The notes under the pieces are model-generated. The model saw nothing but the letters and a program-made list of their open reading frames with translations. It was not told where the DNA came from and made no database searches. Positions 58,794-64,000 of a DNA stretch of 64,000 nucleotides are shown here, piece by piece (positions within the stretch are counted from its first letter, which is position 1; every line of letters starts with the position of its first letter). The stretch is taken from contig JBKPHT010000126.1 of assembly GCA_046730015.1 (NCBI GenBank), positions 1,074 to 65,073 on the forward strand. Direction: 5' to 3'. The translations under genes and the position numbers were made by a program. This stretch comes from Actinomycetota bacterium. GTDB taxonomy: Bacteria; Actinomycetota; Acidimicrobiia; Acidimicrobiales; VFJN01.

Positions 58794-59576
58794 TCACGGG
58801 GCCGGCGGTAGGTCGACGCCGGCCGGCAGGGGCACCACCCGGGCGGCGGCCTGGACCGCGCCGGCGACCGTGAACCAGAGGGCCAGGTGGTCGTCGGACT
58901 CCTCGAGCAGCAGCTCGACGGCGACGCCGGCGGGGATGCCGGGGCCGTACTCGATCACCGCCCGGTGCGGGCCGCCCAGCAACCGGTGGGCGAACACCGT
59001 GCCGGGCTCGATCTGCTCCTCGACCGCCGCCCAGTAGGCCGCGTTGTTGACGTGTCCGAGGAGATCGATGTCCACGGCCCGCAGCGGCCACGGGACCGCG
59101 GCCGCACCCACCGGAGGGTCGCCGAGCCACAGCCGGCTCGACACCCGGCGGCCGCCGGCGGCGTCCCCGTAGGTGGCGAGGAACCGGTCACTCAGCCGGG
59201 CCGGGGCCATCGTGGTGACGTCGACGTGCACCCACAGCGTGTTGACCTCGATGCGGCCGCCGTCGCCGCCGACCACGGACAGCCGGCGCTCGGCCCACCG
59301 CCCGCCAAGCCCGCCGCACCAGGTCGCCAGGTCGATCCACTCCCGCCACCGGGGCGGGCGGTGGACGTCGACGACGGCCCGCCGGACGACCCAGGTCGTG
59401 TCGGTGTCGTCGATGCCGCTGTCGTTGGTGTCGTCGTTGCCGATGTCCTGCAGGTAGCGGGCGCACGCGTCGAGGCGGAGGCGGCCCGTGGGGTCGGCGT
59501 CGGCCAGGCGGACCCGGCGGCCGGACCGGAACACCCGCCCCTCGGCGGGCGGCGGCACCAGAGGTTCGTCGAGCAC
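58794..59576 (-). CDS. Acyl-ACP thioesterase family protein
   Basis: 260-aa ORF with two hotdog-like halves. The pattern RLDACARYLQDIGNDD ... DIDLLGHVNNAAYWAAVEE is typical of FatA/B-type bacterial acyl-ACP thioesterases. Confidence 0.7.
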   Translation of the reverse strand: MLDEPLVPPPAEGRVFRSGRRVRLADADPTGRLRLDACARYLQDIGNDDTNDSGIDDTDTTWVVRRAVVDVHRPPRWREWIDLATWCGGLGGRWAERRLSVVGGDGGRIEVNTLWVHVDVTTMAPARLSDRFLATYGDAAGGRRVSSRLWLGDPPVGAAAVPWPLRAVDIDLLGHVNNAAYWAAVEEQIEPGTVFAHRLLGGPHRAVIEYGPGIPAGVAVELLLEESDDHLALWFTVAGAVQAAARVVPLPAGVDLPPAP

Positions 59577-59839
59577 GGGGACCGGTTCTAGCGGGTCGGC
59601 GCCGCCGGGGCGAGCGTGTCGCCGCCACGGAGAGCGCTCGACGGCGATATGGCGGCGCCGGAAACGGTCACGAAACGCGGAATTCCATCAACCGTCAGCC
59701 GGCGCCGACTGAGTGACGAACATCACCGAATTCTTCTGTCCACGCGCTCTTGCACGGGATGTGCAGCCTGCTACACCGTGTGAAGCACGCCAGTCGTTTC
59801 CCCCAAACGAACCCCCGAACGAGCGCGCGAGGAACCACC

Positions 59840-61018
59840 ATGCCTTCCCCTTTCTCGATCCACGACGTCCATGTGACCGGCTCAGGCGCCTTCCTTCCCG
59901 GCGACCCGGTGGGCAACGACGAGGTCGAGGCCGTGCTCGGCCAGATCGGCCCCCGGCCGTCCCGCTACCGCCGGACGATCCAGTCGCTCAACGGCATCCG
60001 GTCCCGGCACTACGCGCTGCGCGACGGCGAGGCCACCCACCTGAACGAGGAGCTCGCCGCCAACGCGGTGATCGCCGCCCTCGACCGCCGGGCGCTGCCG
60101 CTCGACGAGGTCGGCATGCTGGCGGTCGGCACGACGCTGGCCGACCTGCTGATGCCGGGCTTCGGCTCGATGGTCCACGGCCGCCTCGGGGCACCCCCGC
60201 TGGAGGTGCTGTCCGCCGCCGGCATCTGCGCCTCGGGCGCCGCCGCCCTGCAGCACGCGTGGACGGCGGTGATGGCCGGGCGCCACGAGGTGGCGGTCGC
60301 GGCCGGCTCCGAGCTGTCCAGCGCCATGATGAAGGCCAGCCGGTTCGAGCTGGAGAGCCAGCTGGCGCCCGGTCGGGACGACCCCGCCACGGCCTACCGG
60401 TGGTTCAACGCCGAGTTCCTGCGGTGGATGCTGTCCGACGGCGCGGGCGCGCTGGTGCTGGAGCGCCGGCCCCATGCCTCCGAGCCGTCGCTGCGGATCG
60501 ACTGGATCGAGCTGACCTCCTACGCCGGCGGCCTGCCGACGTGCATGTTCCTCGGCTCCAGCGACCCCCGGGACGTCGTCGCCGGCAAGACCTGGCTCAC
60601 GCGCGACACGCCCACCGACGCCGACCGCGACGGCATGCTCGTCGTCCGCCAGGACACCGACCTGCTGGGCGAGCACATCGTGACCACCGCGGGCGAGGAG
60701 CTGCGGCGGCTGACGAAGGTCGGTCGCATCGACCCCGACCTCGCCTACGACTGGTTCCTGCCCCACATCAGCTCGTACGTGTTCAAGGACCAGCTCGCGG
60801 CCACGCTCCGGGAGGTGGGGCTCGACCTGCCCACCGACCGCTGGTTCACCAACCTGGCGACCAAGGGCAACACGGGTGCGGCGTCGATCTACATCATGCT
60901 CGACGAGGCGCTGACCACCGGAATGTTCCGCCCCGGCGACCGGATCCTGGCCATGGTCCCGGAGTCGGGCCGCTTCGCCATGAGCTTCATGCAGTTCACC
61001 TGTGTCGCACCGGGTTGA
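59840..61018 (+). CDS. KAS III-like (FabH family) condensing enzyme or acyltransferase
   Basis: Track ORF 59750..61018. I prefer ATG 59840, preceded by GAGGA (MPSPFSIHDVHVTGSG...). Cys-His-Asn triad candidates: AAGICASGAAAL, FLPHISSY and KGNTGAASIY. At 392 aa it is longer than housekeeping FabH. Confidence 0.75.
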   Translation: MPSPFSIHDVHVTGSGAFLPGDPVGNDEVEAVLGQIGPRPSRYRRTIQSLNGIRSRHYALRDGEATHLNEELAANAVIAALDRRALPLDEVGMLAVGTTLADLLMPGFGSMVHGRLGAPPLEVLSAAGICASGAAALQHAWTAVMAGRHEVAVAAGSELSSAMMKASRFELESQLAPGRDDPATAYRWFNAEFLRWMLSDGAGALVLERRPHASEPSLRIDWIELTSYAGGLPTCMFLGSSDPRDVVAGKTWLTRDTPTDADRDGMLVVRQDTDLLGEHIVTTAGEELRRLTKVGRIDPDLAYDWFLPHISSYVFKDQLAATLREVGLDLPTDRWFTNLATKGNTGAASIYIMLDEALTTGMFRPGDRILAMVPESGRFAMSFMQFTCVAPG

Positions 61019-61079
61019 GCCCATATTTGAGTAATCCCTAATCGCGCTATTCCACCATCTCGCCAAGGAGACACATCAG

Positions 61080-61811
61080 ATGACGATCGTCGACGAGACC
61101 GACGTGCTGTCCCGATCGCCGCTCGGCCCCTGCCCCGCCGACGCCACCCCCACCACCGCCCGGCTCTGGAACGAGCTCGCCCTGGTGTGGGCCGACTTCG
61201 AGCGGAGGCTCGGCGCCATCCCCGTCGTCCGCCACATGGAGGACGGCACCATCACCGTCGAGGAGTACCGCGACCTCCTGCTCAACCTGCGCCAGCAGGT
61301 GATCGAGGGCGGCCGCTGGATCGCCCTCACCGCGTCCAGCATGTCGATCGACCTGATCGCCGTCCGGTCGCTGCTCATCCGCCACGCGGCCGAGGAGCAC
61401 ATGGACTTCCGCATGCTGGAGCACGACTTCGCCTCGGTGGGCGGCGACCCCGGGCTGATGCAGTCCACCCCCAAGAACATCGGCTCGGAAGCGTTCTCCG
61501 CCTTCATGTTCCACCAGGCCGGCCAGGACGACCCGCTCGACCTGTTCGGCGCGATGTTCGTCATCGAGGGCCTCGGCGCCTGCAAGGCCGCGCGATGGGC
61601 CGAGGGCATCAAGGCCTCGCTCGGCCTCGACGACAGCCAGGTGCGGTTCCTCTCCTACCACGGGGTCAACGACGACACCCACTACGACAAGCTGCGCGGC
61701 GTCCTCGCCAACCCGCTGGTGGACGACGACCTGGCCCGGCGGCTGGTACGCACCGCCAAGGTCGTGGCCCGGCTCTACGCCCTGCAGCTCGAGGAGCTGG
61801 GGAACGTCTGA
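61080..61811 (+). CDS. Heme-oxygenase-like fold, putative diiron (iron-containing redox enzyme family) protein
   Basis: 243-aa ORF. The ATG is preceded by AAGGAG. Helical, with clustered metal-ligand candidates AAEEHMDFRMLEHD, VIEGLG and YHGVNDDTHY (H-x3-D-x2-H). This pattern recalls CADD/UndA-type enzymes. Confidence 0.55.
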   Translation: MTIVDETDVLSRSPLGPCPADATPTTARLWNELALVWADFERRLGAIPVVRHMEDGTITVEEYRDLLLNLRQQVIEGGRWIALTASSMSIDLIAVRSLLIRHAAEEHMDFRMLEHDFASVGGDPGLMQSTPKNIGSEAFSAFMFHQAGQDDPLDLFGAMFVIEGLGACKAARWAEGIKASLGLDDSQVRFLSYHGVNDDTHYDKLRGVLANPLVDDDLARRLVRTAKVVARLYALQLEELGNV

Positions 61812-62734
61812 TGGGCGTCACCGCCAACGAGCCACCGCGGCCCGACCGCGCCAACCCGAGCATCTGGGACGCGATGGCCGCCGACCCGCTGCTGCACGTC
61901 GACGATCGCAGCCGGGCGCTCCAGGTGGCCGACTCCCGGCGCTGGACCCGACGCCACCTCCGGCCCGTCACCCGGATGGCCTGCATGGCCGTGGTGTGGA
62001 CCGCCCTGGCCGTGAAGCGGACCGTGCCGCCGCTGCGGCGGGGCAGCGAGGCGATGCTCAACCGCATCGGGCCCCGGTTCATGCAGCGGTGGACCTCGCC
62101 CGAGGCGCTGGAGCTCGTGCTCCGGCACTTCGCCATCGAGACCCAGCTGGTGAACTTCGTCGCCCGCAACAGCGGCGGCCCCGTCCCCGAGGTCGACCTC
62201 CTGCCCCGGCGGGCGGCCGAGCTGGGCGACTGGCGGGGGCAGAACGCGGTCGTCCGCCACGACGCCAACATCTTCAACCTGTTCATCGACCTGGGCTCGA
62301 CGCCGGGCGTCGACGTCCACACCCCCCGGCGGCCGGAGGACCTCGACTTCTCGATGCTGACGCTGCCCAGCGTCGACGTCGAGCCCGCCACCCGGCGGTG
62401 GCTGCGCCTCGACCTGCAGTCGACCCTCGACGTCATCGTGGCCACGCTCGCCGTGTTCATGGACCACGACACGGCCGAGCGGGCGGTCAACTCGCTGCAG
62501 CTCGACGAGAGCCTGCTGGCCGCCGTGGCCAACCTGACCGGCGACCCCGTGTTCCGCACCTGGGCGCCGATCAAGTTCACCAACTGGGTGGGCATGACCG
62601 GTGACGTCGGCCGTGACCTCCACTGGCACTTCATCGTGACCGAGTACGCCCACACCCGGCTGTGCCGGATGCGGGACGCGGTCGCGGAGACGTCGGCCGC
62701 CCCCGGCCGGGTCGCCGCGGGCGCGGGGGCCTGA
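61811..62734 (+). CDS. Hypothetical protein (307 aa), no recognised domain
   Basis: Last 307 aa of track ORF 61187..62734, from ATG 61811 (TGATG overlap with the upstream stop). The codon bias matches its neighbours. The MMPL gene starts 1 nt after its stop. Confidence 0.6.
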   Translation: MGVTANEPPRPDRANPSIWDAMAADPLLHVDDRSRALQVADSRRWTRRHLRPVTRMACMAVVWTALAVKRTVPPLRRGSEAMLNRIGPRFMQRWTSPEALELVLRHFAIETQLVNFVARNSGGPVPEVDLLPRRAAELGDWRGQNAVVRHDANIFNLFIDLGSTPGVDVHTPRRPEDLDFSMLTLPSVDVEPATRRWLRLDLQSTLDVIVATLAVFMDHDTAERAVNSLQLDESLLAAVANLTGDPVFRTWAPIKFTNWVGMTGDVGRDLHWHFIVTEYAHTRLCRMRDAVAETSAAPGRVAAGAGA

Positions 62735-62735
62735 C

Positions 62736-64000
62736 GTGACGGGGCGGTGGGTGGCGGCCTACGCCCGCGCCGTCACCCGCCGCCCCGGCATGGCCCTGGC
62801 CGCCACGGTGGCCACCACCCTGGTCCTGGGCGTCGCCGCCGCCGGCGTGCGCCTCGACAACAACTTCGCCGCGCTGTTCGCGTCGTCCAGCGCCGAGGCC
62901 CGGACCCGGGAGGAGTACCGGGCGGCATTCGGGCCCGACGACGGGCTGCTCGCGGTGGCCCTCGCATTCGACGGCGCCACCGCGGCCGCCGATCCCGACG
63001 GCCGCGACCGCGTCGCGGTGGTGGACGCGGTGTCGCGGGCGATCGGCGAGGTCGACGGCGTCGCCCGGGTCGACAGCCCCACGGTCACCGATGTGCTCGC
63101 GCCCGGCACCGGGCGGCCGACGCCTGCGTTCGGGCCGGACTCCACCCTCGCCACCATGCCGCTCGGCGACCGGGCCGCGCTCGCGCGGGGGTCCGGCCTG
63201 GGCACCCAGTTCCTCCTGTCCGGCGACGCCCGGACCTGGCTGGTGGTGGGCGAGCTGGCCGCCGACCGCGACTCCTACGAAGAGGTGGTCGGACCGGCCG
63301 GGGAGTTCCGCACCGCGGTGCGGAACGCCCTGCGCGACGGCGGGGTCGATGTCGACGCCGCGTTCGCCGGCATCGCCTTCACCCGGGTCGCCGCCATCGA
63401 GCAGATGCAGAGCGACCTGCTCGCCTTGTCGCCGCTCGCCACGGTCGTGATGGCCGTGCTGCTCGCGCTGTTCTTCCGGCGGGCGGTGGCGGTCCTCGCC
63501 CCGCTGGTGGCCATCGGTCTGTCCGTCGTCGCCACCGCCGGGGTCGTCGGGCTGGCCGGCGACGACCTCAACCAGGTCACGGTCATCTACCCGATTCTGC
63601 TCATGGGGATCGTCGTGGCCAGCGCCACCCACCTCATCCACCGGTACTACCGGGAGCGGGCGGCCGGCCGCGACCCCGCCGAGTCCGGGCGGATCACGAT
63701 CGAGCGGGTGCTGCCCGGCGCCCTGGTCGCCAACCTGACCAGCGCCATCGGGTTCGCCTCGCTCGCCACCGCCCACATGCGGATCCTCCGCGAGTTCGGG
63801 CTCTACCTGGCCGCCGGGGTGATGCTGGCCTGGGCGATCGGCATCACGGTCGTCCCGGCCGTGCTCGTTCTCCGGCGGGCCGAGGCGCCCGCCCGCTACC
63901 GGCGGGCCGCGGTGGCGCCCGGCCGGGACGGGCGGCTCGCCGGGGCCGTCACCGGGCGCCGGGCCGCACCGGCGCTGGTGGCGGCAGGTCTGGCGGTCGT
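62736..64000 (+). CDS. MMPL/RND-superfamily lipid exporter, N-terminal part only (runs off the right edge)
   Basis: Not in the ORF track because it has no stop in the window. My translation from GTG 62736 reads VTGRWVAAYARAVTRRPGMALAATVATTLVLGVAAAGVRLDNNFAALFASSS..., then a periplasmic domain of about 200 aa, then a TM bundle LSPLATVVMAVLLALFFRRAVAVLAPLVAIGLSVVATAGVVGLAGDDLNQVTVIYPILLMGIVVASATHLIHRYYRE. I checked the frame from 62736 to about 63650 and it stays open. Confidence 0.75.
   Translation, partial: MTGRWVAAYARAVTRRPGMALAATVATTLVLGVAAAGVRLDNNFAALFASSSAEARTREEYRAAFGPDDGLLAVALAFDGATAAADPDGRDRVAVVDAVSRAIGEVDGVARVDSPTVTDVLAPGTGRPTPAFGPDSTLATMPLGDRAALARGSGLGTQFLLSGDARTWLVVGELAADRDSYEEVVGPAGEFRTAVRNALRDGGVDVDAAFAGIAFTRVAAIEQMQSDLLALSPLATVVMAVLLALFFRRAVAVLAPLVAIGLSVVATAGVVGLAGDDLNQVTVIYPILLMGIVVASATHLIHRYYRERAAGRDPAESGRITIERVLPGALVANLTSAIGFASLATAHMRILREFGLYLAAGVMLAWAIGITVVPAVLVLRRAEAPARYRRAAVAPGRDGRLAGAVTGRRAAPALVAAGLAV

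Noticed and set aside
59577-59839. Possible promoter (TTGCAC ... TACACC), GGAATTCC/GAATTC palindromes and short ORFs (59488..59712 plus strand, 59695..59916 minus strand) in the thioesterase/KAS III divergent region. I also considered a small precursor-peptide gene.
   Set aside because: The -10 candidate lacks the conserved final T. The palindromes are short. The small ORFs have no ribosome-binding site and have atypical composition. The region remains an unresolved control region.

Overview
This is a high-GC (well above 65% by eye, not computed) actinobacterial chromosomal window. It is almost fully coding: about 53 protein genes, one tRNA-Val and one candidate small RNA. I saw no rRNA, CRISPR array, transposase, integrase or prophage genes. 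Lineage markers are the mycothiol ligase mshC, an F420-dependent NADP reductase, CarD and a 6C-like sRNA. All product calls come from reading motifs in the supplied translations and in my own translations; no homology search was run.

Layout:
- 1-20.6 kb: housekeeping genes (HIT, thrS, plsC-like, mshC, M23 peptidase, ABC ATPase, thiamine pyrophosphokinase, two acyl-CoA dehydrogenases, carD, tRNA-Val, amidase, MFS, murF and ddl).
- 20.7-33.4 kb: a TetR-gated nine-gene operon. It combines a fatty acyl reductase-HAD fusion, a Zn-ADH, a LarA-like protein, a PlsC-type acyltransferase, a GMC flavoprotein, two SDRs and a large polytopic membrane protein. I cannot assign it to a known pathway.
- 33.6-42.7 kb: gltB without gltD, then a membrane-anchored pseudokinase, then a second GT-C-like membrane protein.
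- 42.7-48.9 kb (minus strand): a tightly coupled CDP-3,6-dideoxyhexose (ascarylose-type) operon ending in a GT2/methyltransferase-like fusion. The E3 reductase partner is not present.
- 48.9-58.8 kb: GntR, a mitochondrial-type aconitase coupled to a VOC-PAS-GAF-GGDEF protein, a HAD-acyltransferase fusion, the 6C-like sRNA, LysR, citrate synthase and a quinone oxidoreductase.
- 58.8-64.0 kb: an acyl-ACP thioesterase divergent from a module of KAS III-like enzyme, heme-oxygenase-like diiron protein, unknown protein and MMPL exporter.

The best candidates for undescribed biology are the 20.7-33.4 kb operon, the KAS III/HDO/MMPL module, and the dideoxyhexose locus with its flanking GT-C-like protein and pseudokinase. 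Most long ORFs in the track that lie antisense to recognisable genes are high-GC artefacts.
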